DNA of 64,000 nucleotides from Alphaproteobacteria bacterium (lineage in GTDB: Bacteria > Pseudomonadota > Alphaproteobacteria > JAJTHO01 > CANGYM01): assembly GCA_044372405.1 (NCBI GenBank), contig JBILRW010000004.1, forward strand, positions 7,171-71,170, read 5' to 3'. A model generated the notes under the pieces. It saw only the letters and a list, made by a program, of their open reading frames with translations. It had not been told where the DNA came from and did not search any database. Made by a program: the position numbers and the translations under genes. Below are positions 1-9,527 of the stretch, piece after piece (positions within the stretch are counted from its first letter, which is position 1; each line of letters begins with the position of its first letter).

Positions 1-1681
1 CCCGGGCCGTTTGGGCATCCAGGGGGGTTTCGGCGTTGGTGAGAACTTTGAGGGTCCGGAAACCATCGGCCCAGGTCATAAACGCCTGAAAATCGCCAGA
101 GATATTGGGATCCACCGTGGGGACTTTGCCGGCGAAAACCTCCCCCGTGGCCCCGTCCAGGGTGATAAAGTCACCCTCGCCAAAGGTCTGGCCGGCCAGC
201 GTCATGGTTTTCTTTTTTGCATCAATGCGCACCGAAGACGCCCCGGAAACACAGGGCTTTCCCATGCCGCGTGCCACAACGGCGGCGTGGGAGGTCATGC
301 CCCCCTTGGACGTTAAAATCCCCCGGGCGGCGTGCATGCCGTGGATGTCTTCGGGGCTGGTTTCGGCGCGCACCAAAATCACGGCATCGCCCTTGCGGGT
401 ACGGGCTTCGGCCTCATCGGCGGTAAAGACAATGCTGCCGCAGGCGGCGCCCGGCGAGGCCGGCAAGCCCTTGGCCAGCAAGGTTTTTTTCGCTTTGGGG
501 TCCAATGTGGGGTGCAGCAATTGATCCAGCGATTCCGGTGTCACACGAATGACGGCGTCTTCTTTGGTAATTAAACCCTCGTTCACCATATCCACAGCGA
601 CTTTTAAACTGGCCGCCGCCGTGCGTTTGCCATTACGGGTTTGCAGCATCCAGAGTTTTTTATTTTGGACCGTAAATTCAATGTCCTGCATGTCTTTGAA
701 ATGTTGTTCCAGGGTGTGGCTCACGGCCAGCAGCTGGTGATAGACGGCGGGCATGGTGGTTTCCATGGCGGCCTCGGGTTCGTCCGAGCCCGCCACAGAC
801 AACGAAAGCGGCGTGCGAATCCCGGCCACAACGTCTTCCCCCTGGGCATTGATGAGGTATTCCCCAAAAATGGCCTTGGTCCCCGTGGAGGGGTTGCGGG
901 TAAAGGCCACGCCCGTGGCGCAATCCTGGCCCCGATTCCCAAACACCATGACCTGAATGTTCACGGCGGTGCCGAGATTGCCGGAGATGTTATGAATCTG
1001 GCGATACACCCGCGCCCGTTGATTTTCCCAACTGTTAAAGACCGCCCGAATGGACCGCCACAGCTGGTCCTGGGTATCCTGGGGGAAGGGTTCTTTGGTG
1101 ATTTCGTGCACTTTGGCTTTGTAGTCGCGAATGACGCCCTGCCAGTCGTTTTCATCCAAATCGGTATCGTAGGCGACGCCTTTGTTGTCCTTGTGCCATT
1201 GCAAAATGTCCTCAAAATCATCATGGCCCATGTCCAGGACCACGTTGCCAAACATTTGGATAAACCGGCGGTAGCTGTCCAGGGCAAACACGCGGTTCTG
1301 GCTGACGCGGGCCAACCCTTCCACCGTTTGATCGTTCAGCCCCAAATTCAAAACGGTATCCAGCATGCCGGGCATAGAGGACGCCGCGCCCGAGCGCACG
1401 GACACCAAAAGCGGATTATAGGCATCGCCAAAGCGGCACCCCATCAGGCCCTCTAACGTTTTGATATTGCGGTCCACCTGTTCGGCCAGATCCGTGGGAA
1501 AGGCTTTGTCATGGGCATAATAATGACGGCACACATCGGTGGTAATGGTAAAGCCCGGGGGGACCGGCAGGTTGAGCGCGCACATTTCGGCCAGATTGGC
1601 CCCCTTGCCCCCCAGCAAATTAGCCATATGGGCGCGACCATCGGCCCGGCCTTCAGAAAATGCATAAACCCACTGTGTCAT
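1..1681 (-). CDS. ppdK: pyruvate phosphate dikinase, N-terminal portion (runs off window start)
   Basis: minus-strand ATG at 1681-1679 translates MTQWVYAFSEGRADGRAHMANLLGGKGANLAEMCALNLPVPPGFTITTDVC, the canonical PpdK N-terminus; open to position 1; plus-strand ORFs here are antisense artefacts. Confidence 0.85.
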   Translation of the reverse strand, partial: MTQWVYAFSEGRADGRAHMANLLGGKGANLAEMCALNLPVPPGFTITTDVCRHYYAHDKAFPTDLAEQVDRNIKTLEGLMGCRFGDAYNPLLVSVRSGAASSMPGMLDTVLNLGLNDQTVEGLARVSQNRVFALDSYRRFIQMFGNVVLDMGHDDFEDILQWHKDNKGVAYDTDLDENDWQGVIRDYKAKVHEITKEPFPQDTQDQLWRSIRAVFNSWENQRARVYRQIHNISGNLGTAVNIQVMVFGNRGQDCATGVAFTRNPSTGTKAIFGEYLINAQGEDVVAGIRTPLSLSVAGSDEPEAAMETTMPAVYHQLLAVSHTLEQHFKDMQDIEFTVQNKKLWMLQTRNGKRTAAASLKVAVDMVNEGLITKEDAVIRVTPESLDQLLHPTLDPKAKKTLLAKGLPASPGAACGSIVFTADEAEARTRKGDAVILVRAETSPEDIHGMHAARGILTSKGGMTSHAAVVARGMGKPCVSGASSVRIDAKKKTMTLAGQTFGEGDFITLDGATGEVFAGKVPTVDPNISGDFQAFMTWADGFRTLKVLTNAETPLDAQTAR

Positions 1682-1826
1682 CGGCGTTATCCCTGGAAAT
1701 CGAAAAAGCGTCCCCTGTTCCTAGCGGATTTTTGGGTGGGGGGCAAGGTTTTGTCATTGAGGTGACGTTTTTGGCCCTGTCCTCAAGTCTCTTTACCCCG
1801 GGGTTGTTTTATAGCACGTTGGGGGC

Positions 1827-2906
1827 ATGACAAAAGACTGTTTTTTTTCTTTGGGATTGATGAGTGGCACGTCGGCGGATGGTATCGATGCGGCGCTGAT
1901 TCGCAGCGACGGGGAGGATTTTGTGGAAACATTGGATACGGCCTTTGTGGCCTATCCCGATGATTTTCGAAAACGGCTGCTTTCCTGCGCCCATGAGCAT
2001 CGGGAAGACGACGCTGTGCGCTCTGAATTTTCATATTGGAACCAGAAAGTTTGTGAGCAGATACTCACAAAAACAAAAGTGAGCGTTCACATGATCGCCA
2101 GCCATGGCCATACCGTGGATCATCGGCCTGATTTGGGATGGACAAAGCAAATGGATGATCCTGCTGCTTTGGCCCATCGGTTTTTCGTGCCTGTGGTGTC
2201 GGATTTTCGTCAAAACGATATGCAAAACGGCGGGCAAGGGGCGCCCTTGGTCCCCATCTATCATCGGGTGCGGGGGCGGGGCCATGCGAAACCGCTGGCC
2301 ATTGTGAATATCGGGGGGGTTAGCAACATTACCCTGATTGATCAAAGTGAACAAATGATCGCTTTTGATGCGGGGCCGGGCAATGCCCTGATGGATGATA
2401 TTTTACAAAAAAGCATCGGGGCGCGGTATGATCATGGGGGGACCCTGGCGCTTTCCGGCCAGGTTCACCAGGATCGGGCCGAGGCCCTGCTATCCGATCC
2501 TTTTTTTGCGCAAAAAGCCCCCAAGTCCCTGGATCGTAACCATTTCGCCCAGCGGGCCCAAAGTTTGGAGGGGCTGCCCTTGCCGGATCATCTGGCGACG
2601 CTGGCCTATGTCACGGCCCTGGCCATTGCCCGAGGTATCCTGATGCACCAGCCCCATTGCCAGGAATGTCTGCTGGTGGGGGGTGGGCGAAAAAATAAAG
2701 CGGTCGTTCACTTTTTATCAGGCCACCTGCCCTGCCCTGTCCGTGACGGCGATGCCGCAGGGTTTGACAGCGATTTTATGGAGGCCGAAGCCTTCGCCTA
2801 TCTGGGCATACGCAGCTTTTTGGGCCTGCCGTATTCCTTTCCCGAAACCACGGGGGTTCGTGTGCCTACGTGTGGGGGGGTGTGGACGTATCCGGGTGAC
2901 AGGTGA
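1827..2906 (+). CDS. anmK: anhydro-N-acetylmuramic acid kinase
   Basis: 359 aa; N-terminus GLMSGTSADGIDAALIR typical of AnmK; last codons GDR-stop are encoded by the heptad repeat. Confidence 0.85.
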   Translation: MTKDCFFSLGLMSGTSADGIDAALIRSDGEDFVETLDTAFVAYPDDFRKRLLSCAHEHREDDAVRSEFSYWNQKVCEQILTKTKVSVHMIASHGHTVDHRPDLGWTKQMDDPAALAHRFFVPVVSDFRQNDMQNGGQGAPLVPIYHRVRGRGHAKPLAIVNIGGVSNITLIDQSEQMIAFDAGPGNALMDDILQKSIGARYDHGGTLALSGQVHQDRAEALLSDPFFAQKAPKSLDRNHFAQRAQSLEGLPLPDHLATLAYVTALAIARGILMHQPHCQECLLVGGGRKNKAVVHFLSGHLPCPVRDGDAAGFDSDFMEAEAFAYLGIRSFLGLPYSFPETTGVRVPTCGGVWTYPGDR

Positions 2907-2939
2907 CAGGTGACAGGTGACAGGTGACAGGTGACAGGC
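2896..2939. repeat. tandem heptad array (GGTGACA)x6, single arm
   Basis: six perfect direct GGTGACA units read directly from sequence; same unit forms hairpin arms in the 23S IVSs and at 17.1, 38.1, 52.9 kb. Confidence 0.9.
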
Positions 2940-2992
2940 AAGAACCATGGGGATGAAAGGGAGGCCATCTAAATTTTCCGTCACCAGGATTT

Positions 2993-3406
2993 TTAAATCA
3001 CCACCCAATCCTCCCGCGTTAACCCCTTCACTTTGGAAAAATGGGTGTTGCTGGTGACCAGGATGGCCTCTGCCTGCAGGGCGTGGGCGGCAATCATCAG
3101 GTCCATGGCGCCGATTTGGGTTTCTTGGGGCGTTCCTTGGGTCTGCAGGTCATGGCGGATTTTGGCATAAAAGGGCGTGACGGCCTCACACCAGGGCAGG
3201 ACGTTCAAATAGGCCAGAAAGTCATCCAGAGCCCTTTGCATCAAACGGGGGGTGGGCCGCTTCTCAATCCCATGGCGTAACTCTGCCACCGTGATCACCG
3301 ACACAAGCACATCTTTCATGGGGATGGCCTGTAATTTTTCCAGAACGGACAGGGGCTTGGTGCGCATAATCGCGCTGCAGGTATCGGTATCTAAGAGGTA
3401 ACGCAT
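2993..3406 (-). CDS. vapC: PIN-domain toxin VapC
   Basis: MRYLLDTDTCSAIMR...VAELRHG...TSNTHFSKV PIN pattern; 1-nt gap to upstream antitoxin gene. Confidence 0.8.
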   Translation of the reverse strand: MRYLLDTDTCSAIMRTKPLSVLEKLQAIPMKDVLVSVITVAELRHGIEKRPTPRLMQRALDDFLAYLNVLPWCEAVTPFYAKIRHDLQTQGTPQETQIGAMDLMIAAHALQAEAILVTSNTHFSKVKGLTREDWVVI

Positions 3407-3407
3407 G

Positions 3408-3635
3408 TTAAAACACACCCCGCTCTTGAGGGGGATTATCCTGACGATTCGCCAGAAAATCCTGGGGTATGGCAGGCGGGGTGGCGAAATAATCGCTCCA
3501 CGACAGGGGCTTGGGGGATAAAATGACCTTATCACCCTCTTGGGTGATAAAAACCTCCTTGGCCGTAAAACGAAAGGCCTTGGGCAACCGCACCGCCTGA
3601 GAACCGCCGGATTGAAACACTTGGGTAATGGTCAT
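3408..3635 (-). CDS. vapB: AbrB/MazE-fold antitoxin VapB
   Basis: 75 aa MTITQVFQSGGSQAVRLPKAFRF..., SpoVT/AbrB swapped-hairpin antitoxin signature immediately upstream of vapC. Confidence 0.7.
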   Translation of the reverse strand: MTITQVFQSGGSQAVRLPKAFRFTAKEVFITQEGDKVILSPKPLSWSDYFATPPAIPQDFLANRQDNPPQERGVF

Positions 3636-3707
3636 GGGGTCACTGTTTTTTTATATGCACAATAAGTATATATTATCATGGATTCAGGGGGATGGCAAGG
3701 GGGAATT

Positions 3708-4049
3708 CTAATGCAGCTCCCCAAGCCCAATAATTTCCTTGGGGGTATCGCCTGGGAATTCGGCGATGAGTTTCAGGTTTCCGCCCAGGGCCTCAACCAA
3801 TTCCCGTACCTTGGATACGGGCAGATCATTTTGGCGTTCCCATTTGGAAACTTGAAACTGTTGCACGCCCAGCAGCGTTGCCAGATCAATTTGGGTTTTG
3901 TGCAGGGATTTTCGTAACTTTTGCAGGGTGATTTCTTCGGCAATTAATTGCTCTGCCCGCTGGGCGATACGGCTTTGCTGGTCGGGGGAGAGTCCTGCGA
4001 TGATGTCGTTTAGGTTGACGGGCATGAGCAGGCTCCTTTCATTCATCAC
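3708..4049 (-). CDS. XRE-family HTH protein, HigA-like antitoxin (apparently orphan)
   Basis: 113 aa with HTH segment QKLRKSLHKTQIDLATLLGVQQFQVSKWE; no toxin ORF upstream, where a palindromic element sits instead. Confidence 0.55.
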   Translation of the reverse strand: MMNERSLLMPVNLNDIIAGLSPDQQSRIAQRAEQLIAEEITLQKLRKSLHKTQIDLATLLGVQQFQVSKWERQNDLPVSKVRELVEALGGNLKLIAEFPGDTPKEIIGLGELH

Positions 4050-4108
4050 AAATATATCATAATCAGAATATATTGAAAATGGGATAATCTATCACGGTCA
4101 GCAAAAAC

Positions 4109-4230
4109 AGGACTTACGCAGAACCTTTGTCATTGCGAGCGCAGCGAAGCAATCCAGGAAGGCCGCCACTGGAAAGACTGGATTGCCACGCCTCCTGCGG
4201 AGGCTCGCAATGACGTTGGGCGCAAGTCCT
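4109..4230. repeat. type-1 palindromic element (RPE-like), copy 1
   Basis: aggacttacgcagaac-gtcattgcgagc...ctggattgccacgcctcctgcggaggctcgcaatgacg...cgcaagtcct; terminal inverted repeats plus internal palindrome; 9 related copies in window. Confidence 0.85.
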
Positions 4231-4236
4231 GAGGCC

Positions 4237-5640
4237 CTAAGAACTAAAATACAATTTATATTCAATAGGGTGGGGACTGGTTTCGTACAGTTTAACTTCT
4301 TCGGTTTTCAGCTCGATATAGGATTCGATCAGACCTTTGGAAAACACGTTGCCTTCGGTTAAGAAGTCATGATCCCGCTCCAGGGCATCCAGGGCTTGAC
4401 GGAGAGAGCTGCAGACGGTGGGCAGGGATTTGACTTCCTGTTCCGAGGCATCGTAGAGGTTGCGGTCCATGGCCGCGCCGGGATCGATTTTGTTGCGGAC
4501 CCCATCCAGGCCGGCCATGACCATGGCGGCAAAGGCCAGGTAAGGGTTGGCGGTGGGGTCGGGGAAACGAACCTCCACCCGTTTGGCCTTGGGGGATTCA
4601 TAGTGGGGAATCCGGCAGGATACGGAACGGTTACGGGAGGAATAGCCCAGGACCACAGGGGCCTCAAACCCAGGAATCAACCGTTTGTAACTGTTGGTGG
4701 TGGGGTTGGTGAAAGCGTTAATGGCCCGACCGTGTTTGATAATCCCGCCGATGTACCACAGGGCTTCCTGGGAAAGACCCGCATACTCAGAACCGGCAAA
4801 CAGGGGCTGACCGTTTTTCCAAAGGGACTGGTGCACGTGCATTCCCGATCCGTTGTCCCCCGCCATGGGCTTGGCCATAAAGGTGGCGGTTTTGTTATAG
4901 GATTGCGCCACATTGCGCACAACGTATTTGTACAGCTGCATCCGGTCCGCGGTTTCCACCAGGGTGCCGTATAAAATCCCCAGTTCACACTGGGCGGGGG
5001 CCACTTCGTGGTGGTGTTTTTCCACGGGCAAGCCCATTTCCTTCATCCGGGTGAGCATTTCCGCGCGGATATCCACCAGGGCGTCTACCGGCGCGCAGGG
5101 GAAATAGCCACCCTTGGCACTGGGACGGTGCCCCAAATTGCCGCCGTCATAATCACGGCCAGAGTTATGGGGCAGCTCTTCTGAATCAATTCTATAAAAA
5201 GAATGATCCTGATTCACGGCAAAACGGACATCATCAAAAATGAAAAACTCAGCCTCTGGCCCGAAATAGGCTGTGTCGGCCAGGTTAGAAGATTTCACAT
5301 AGGCCTCGGCCGCCTTGGCCACCGAGCGGGGGTCACGGTCATAGGGTTTGTTCGTAATGGGGTCAAAAACATCACAAACAACGACCAAACTGGGCTGTGC
5401 GGTAAAGGGATCCACAACAACGCTGTGGGCATCGGGCATCAATTTCATATCGGATTCGTTAATGGCCTTCCACCCGGGGATGGAGGAGCCATCAAACATG
5501 ATCCCCTCATCAAACATTTTTTGATCCACCACGGAAACATCCATGGCCATATGGTGCCAGACACCCTTAAGATCCGAAAAACGGACATCAATATATTGAA
5601 TGTCATGTTCCTGAATCAGATCAAAAACGTTTTGGGCCAT
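4237..5640 (-). CDS. glnA: glutamine synthetase type I
   Basis: 467 aa MAQNVFDLIQEHDIQYIDVRFSDLKG..., full-length GSI. Confidence 0.95.
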   Translation of the reverse strand: MAQNVFDLIQEHDIQYIDVRFSDLKGVWHHMAMDVSVVDQKMFDEGIMFDGSSIPGWKAINESDMKLMPDAHSVVVDPFTAQPSLVVVCDVFDPITNKPYDRDPRSVAKAAEAYVKSSNLADTAYFGPEAEFFIFDDVRFAVNQDHSFYRIDSEELPHNSGRDYDGGNLGHRPSAKGGYFPCAPVDALVDIRAEMLTRMKEMGLPVEKHHHEVAPAQCELGILYGTLVETADRMQLYKYVVRNVAQSYNKTATFMAKPMAGDNGSGMHVHQSLWKNGQPLFAGSEYAGLSQEALWYIGGIIKHGRAINAFTNPTTNSYKRLIPGFEAPVVLGYSSRNRSVSCRIPHYESPKAKRVEVRFPDPTANPYLAFAAMVMAGLDGVRNKIDPGAAMDRNLYDASEQEVKSLPTVCSSLRQALDALERDHDFLTEGNVFSKGLIESYIELKTEEVKLYETSPHPIEYKLYFSS

Positions 5641-5864
5641 AAAAAGTCCTCTGCCACGGTGAAAAAAATGTTATTGCCTCATATCATGCCAAAAACGGGT
5701 TAACGCCTCAAGGGGGGTAAGGGCAAGAGCCCGACTTTTTCACCAATTCCTTTAGGCCGTTGCTTTTTTGTCACAGTTGATCCCTTTAGGGAAAGACCTC
5801 AAGATCCAGATCCAAGGGACCATCAAAGGTCCCCCGATTGAACCTTGCGGGGAGCACGATAGCC

Positions 5865-6656
5865 TTATGACGACGGAACACATAGGCCCCGTTTGGACGG
5901 GGTTTTCAAAAAAGAGCGCCAGGTTTGAGACAAAGACCCCGTGGCCTGGATCTGCTTTAAGCGCTCTGCCAGCGGGGTGGGTTCGGGTTTAAAAAGGGTA
6001 TGATAAAGCGCTTGCAAATCGGCGATGGCTTCCCGGGATTGCCCGGAACGTTTCAGGCCCACCAAATTCAGACCGCGCAAGGATCCCCGCTCGCCCATGA
6101 CCAGGGTATAGGGCAGAACATCTTGTTCAACCCCGGTCAACCCCCCGATCATAGCCCCGCGACCGATACGCACAAATTGGTGAACAGCGCAAAGGCCGCC
6201 CAGGACGGCATCGTCTTCCACAACCACATGGCCGGCCAGGGTGGCGTTGTTGGCCATAATCACACGGTTATGAACCTGGCAATCATGGGCAATATGCACC
6301 CCCACCATCAGCAAGCACTCATCCCCCACGCGGGTATGAAGACCCCCGCCCTCCGTGCCACTATTCACGGTCACATGTTCCCGAATGACGGTACGGGGGC
6401 CGATGGTGGTGTAGGAGACTTCCCCCGCATATTTTAAATCCTGGGGTGGGGTCCCCAGGGAGGCAAAGGGATAAACCGTCGTATTTTCGCCCAAAACCGT
6501 ATGACCGTCCACCACCACGTGGCTGATGAGCTTAACACCGGCGTGCAACGTGACATTCGGCCCCACCACACAAAAAGGGCCCACAGAAACGCCCTGCCCC
6601 ACCTGGGCGGCGGGGTCCACCGAGGCCAGGGGGTGAATGAACTTAGGCGTCGCCAT
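5865..6656 (-). CDS. lpxA: acyl-ACP--UDP-N-acetylglucosamine O-acyltransferase
   Basis: hexapeptide-repeat LbH protein, MATPKFIHPLASVDP...VGPFCVVGP...LKRSGQSREAI matches LpxA along its length; start chosen at MATPK. Confidence 0.85.
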   Translation of the reverse strand: MATPKFIHPLASVDPAAQVGQGVSVGPFCVVGPNVTLHAGVKLISHVVVDGHTVLGENTTVYPFASLGTPPQDLKYAGEVSYTTIGPRTVIREHVTVNSGTEGGGLHTRVGDECLLMVGVHIAHDCQVHNRVIMANNATLAGHVVVEDDAVLGGLCAVHQFVRIGRGAMIGGLTGVEQDVLPYTLVMGERGSLRGLNLVGLKRSGQSREAIADLQALYHTLFKPEPTPLAERLKQIQATGSLSQTWRSFLKTPSKRGLCVPSS

Positions 6657-7155
6657 CAGGGGCGTCCCGATCAACAATCATGGCTGAGAACGTGGCCTCG
6701 CACACGCGAACGCCGGCAACGGAGGCCTCGGCCTCGATCTTCCACACCCGTTTGCGACGCATCAGGGCGCGCACGTCATAAATCACCTGATCCCCGGGGA
6801 CCACGGGCTTGCGAAACTTGGCTGTTTCGATGTTCATAAAATAAACCAGCTTATCCGTCATGTCTTCGCCCAAGGCCACGCCCACCAAAACACCGGCGGT
6901 TTGGGCCATGCCCTCGATCATCAAAACACCGGGCATGACGGGTTTTCCGGGGAAATGCCCCTGGAAATGGGCCTCGTTAATGCTGACATTTTTAACGCCC
7001 CGGGCGCGATCAGGGGCCTCAACAAACAAGACGCGATCAATCATTAAAAAAGGATACCGGTGGGGGATCAGCTGACAAATATCGTCAATGTCCAGATCCT
7101 CAACAACGATGGTGTCGGTTTCTATTTTTTTGCGAAATTTTTTCATTAACGTCAT
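6643..7155 (-). CDS. fabZ: 3-hydroxyacyl-ACP dehydratase
   Basis: 170 aa with LIPHRYPFLMIDRV hot-dog motif; adjacent to lpxA as in the conserved lpxD-fabZ-lpxA cluster. Confidence 0.9.
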   Translation of the reverse strand: MTLMKKFRKKIETDTIVVEDLDIDDICQLIPHRYPFLMIDRVLFVEAPDRARGVKNVSINEAHFQGHFPGKPVMPGVLMIEGMAQTAGVLVGVALGEDMTDKLVYFMNIETAKFRKPVVPGDQVIYDVRALMRRKRVWKIEAEASVAGVRVCEATFSAMIVDRDAPDGDA

Positions 7156-7197
7156 GGGCGGGGAAAAAATCGTTTTGTGTCACTGTATTCCTTCAGA

Positions 7198-7316
7198 ACT
7201 TAGGCAGAACCTTCGTCATTGCGAGCGAAGAGAAGCAATCCAGAAACGCCGATACCAGAAAGACTGGATTGCCACGCCTCCTACGGAGGCTCGCAATGAC
7301 GTTCTGCGTAAGTCCT
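7198..7316. repeat. type-1 palindromic element, copy 2
   Basis: cgtcattgcgagcgaagagaagcaatccag...ctggattgccacgcctcctacggaggctcgcaatgacgttctgcgtaagtcct between fabZ and tRNA-Arg. Confidence 0.85.
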
Positions 7317-7397
7317 ATCCTTAGTCCCATACCAGATTATCATGGGGGGGACAAATGGTTTGTGGGGGCGTGCAGGGCTGTTTATTTTTGAAAAACC

Positions 7398-7474
7398 TGG
7401 CGCGCCCGAGAGGACTTGAACCCCTAACCTCCAGATTCGTAGTCTGGCACTCTATCCAGTTGAGCTACGGGCGC
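7398..7474 (-). tRNA. tRNA-Arg (anticodon ACG)
   Basis: reverse complement GCGCCCGTAGCTCAACTGGATAGAGTGCCAGACTACGAATCTGGAGGTTAGGGGTTCAAGTCCTCTCGGGCGCGCCA folds as cloverleaf with ACG anticodon. Confidence 0.9.
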
Positions 7475-7641
7475 AAAAACAGTGATGGATCCACCCATAA
7501 TGTTATCATGGGTTTGAGGAGGTGTTCTAATGTATTTCCCTGGGGGGTTCAAGAGATTTATGGAACAATTTACGCCCTGTCTTGAAAATCCCCCAAAATC
7601 CGTGCTAAGGCTGGGGCCCTGTATGATTATGAAATAAACCC

Positions 7642-9369
7642 ATGACCCTTTTTCATCGTTTAAAAGCTGATCTTACCCAGAGTGTTAAGGACCTTTTTCC
7701 GGAGGCCGGCGAGGTTTCCTTTGTGGTGGAGCCCTGCAAAGACCCAAAACACGGGGATGTGGCCACCAACGTGGCCATGGTGCTGGCGGGGACATTAAAA
7801 AAAAATCCCCGGGAGGTTGCGGGGGCGTTTTTGCCGCTACTTAAGGCGCTTTCGTATATTGATCAGGCCGATGTGGCGGGTCCTGGGTTTATTAACCTGA
7901 TGATTGAGGAAAATTTCTGGCGTGATGAACTCACCCGGATTTATCATGAAGGCCCCCGGTATGGGGCGCAAAATCTGGGGCATGGCACCCCTGTGATTGT
8001 GGAGTATGTATCGGCCAACCCCACCGGCCCCATGCATGTGGGGCATGTTCGCGGCGGCGTGTTTGGCGATGCCTTGGCCCGTTTGCTGGCCTATGTGGGG
8101 TACGATGTTACCAAAGAATATTATATCAACGATGCGGGGGCGCAAATTGATGTGCTGGCGCGTTCGCTGTATCACCGGTATACCCAGCTGCATGATCCTG
8201 CGGTGGGGGATGTGCCGCCGGGGCTGTACCCGGGGGAGTATGTCATTGACGCCGCCCGCACGATTCAGGGCGAAGATGGCAATCGTTGGTTAAGCGCGGG
8301 GGAAGAGGTTTGGCTGCCTGCCTTCCGCAACAAAGCTGTGGCGGCCATGTTGGGGGAGATTCGGGATGATCTGGCGGCGCTGGGCATTGTGTTTGATCGC
8401 TTTACCTCAGAAGCCAGCCTGCAATCCCAGATTGCGGGGGTTCTTGAGACGTTAGAGCGCATGGGCCATGTGGGTATGGGCACGTTGCCGCCCCCCAAGG
8501 GACAAGAGGATGAGGACTGGCAACCCCGCCACCAACGCCTGTTTTTTTCCACACGTTTTGGGGATGATGTGGATCGGGCGCTGCAAAAGGAAGACGGAAG
8601 TTGGACGTATTTTGCCAGCGATGTGGCCTATAACGCCGATAAAATTCATCGGGGGGCCAAAATGCTGATTAACGTTTTGGGCGCGGATCATGGGGGATAT
8701 GTGAAGCGGTTGAGCGCAGCGGTGGAGGCCCTGTCGGGGGGAAACACAACCCTAACCGTCAAGCTATGCCAGATGGTGGCCCTGAAAAAAAATGGGGAAG
8801 AGCTGAAAATGTCCAAGCGGGCCGGGACCTTTGTCACCGCCAGGGATGTTATTGATCGGGTGGGGAAAGATGTGCTGCGCCTGATTATGCTGACCCGGCG
8901 CAACGATATGGCCTTTGAGTTTGACATTGACCGCGTGTATGAACAAAGCAAAGACAATCCGGTGTTTTATGTTCAATATGCCTTTGCCCGGACCTGTTCC
9001 ATTCTGCGCCATGCGCTTTCGGTATTGGAAACCACGCCCGAAGCATTGAAAACCCGGATGGATCAGGCGGATTTGACGCGCTTGCTGCCCGAGGATCACA
9101 CGCTGATTAAACAGCTGGCCCTGTGGCCCCGCACGCTGGAATTGGCGGCGGTGCATCAGGAGCCCCACCGCATTGTGTTTTATTTGATGGACGTGGCCCA
9201 TGCCTTTCACCATTTGTGGCATTTGGGCAGCAGCCAGCATGCGTTGCGCTTTTTGGCGCCGGAGGATCCGGCCCTGACGTCAGCCCGTTTGGTGTTGGTG
9301 ACGGGCACGCAAAATGTGCTGCGCTCGGCCTTTGACATCTTGGGGGTTGAGGCGAAGGAGACGATGTGA
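7642..9369 (+). CDS. argS: arginine--tRNA ligase
   Basis: 575 aa, class-I motif region PTGPMHVGHVRGG and KMSKRAG. Confidence 0.95.
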   Translation: MTLFHRLKADLTQSVKDLFPEAGEVSFVVEPCKDPKHGDVATNVAMVLAGTLKKNPREVAGAFLPLLKALSYIDQADVAGPGFINLMIEENFWRDELTRIYHEGPRYGAQNLGHGTPVIVEYVSANPTGPMHVGHVRGGVFGDALARLLAYVGYDVTKEYYINDAGAQIDVLARSLYHRYTQLHDPAVGDVPPGLYPGEYVIDAARTIQGEDGNRWLSAGEEVWLPAFRNKAVAAMLGEIRDDLAALGIVFDRFTSEASLQSQIAGVLETLERMGHVGMGTLPPPKGQEDEDWQPRHQRLFFSTRFGDDVDRALQKEDGSWTYFASDVAYNADKIHRGAKMLINVLGADHGGYVKRLSAAVEALSGGNTTLTVKLCQMVALKKNGEELKMSKRAGTFVTARDVIDRVGKDVLRLIMLTRRNDMAFEFDIDRVYEQSKDNPVFYVQYAFARTCSILRHALSVLETTPEALKTRMDQADLTRLLPEDHTLIKQLALWPRTLELAAVHQEPHRIVFYLMDVAHAFHHLWHLGSSQHALRFLAPEDPALTSARLVLVTGTQNVLRSAFDILGVEAKETM

Positions 9370-9372
9370 TCC

Positions 9373-9491
9373 GGAGGACGGAGGACAGAAGACCGAGGAC
9401 GGAATTTGTTTTGATCCTTTCAAGTGTTCAAAGGAATCTTTCCGCCCCTCCTCTGTCTTCTGTCCTCTGTCCTCCGTCCTGTCCTCCGTCC
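9373..9491. terminator. long GGACRG-repeat hairpin between argS and tyrS, terminator-like
   Basis: arm ggaggacggaggacagaagaccgaggacgga and complementary arm cctcctctgtcttctgtcctctgtcctccgtcc flank a ~45-nt loop directly after argS stop. Confidence 0.6.
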
Positions 9492-9527
9492 TTGCATCCC
9501 TAAAAAATGCTGATAGACTCGGGGCTT

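Noticed and set aside
641-1456. 271-aa plus-strand ORF inside the ppdK region
   Set aside because: The minus strand carries unmistakable PpdK homology starting at 1681. The plus-strand ORF is an antisense artefact of high-GC codon bias.
5641-5720. Possible sigma54 promoter (TGGCAT-N-GGCA) upstream of glnA
   Set aside because: GG-to-GC spacing is 11 rather than 10 and no NtrC palindromes are evident. Too weak to call.
7088-7324. ORFs that translate ...RSEAIQK...DWIATPP(T/A)EARNDV... (also the N-termini of ORFs at 14850, 24922, 32167, 49476)
   Set aside because: These are translations of the type-1 palindromic element. True gene starts were placed downstream, except in the bioH-like gene where homology continues on both sides.
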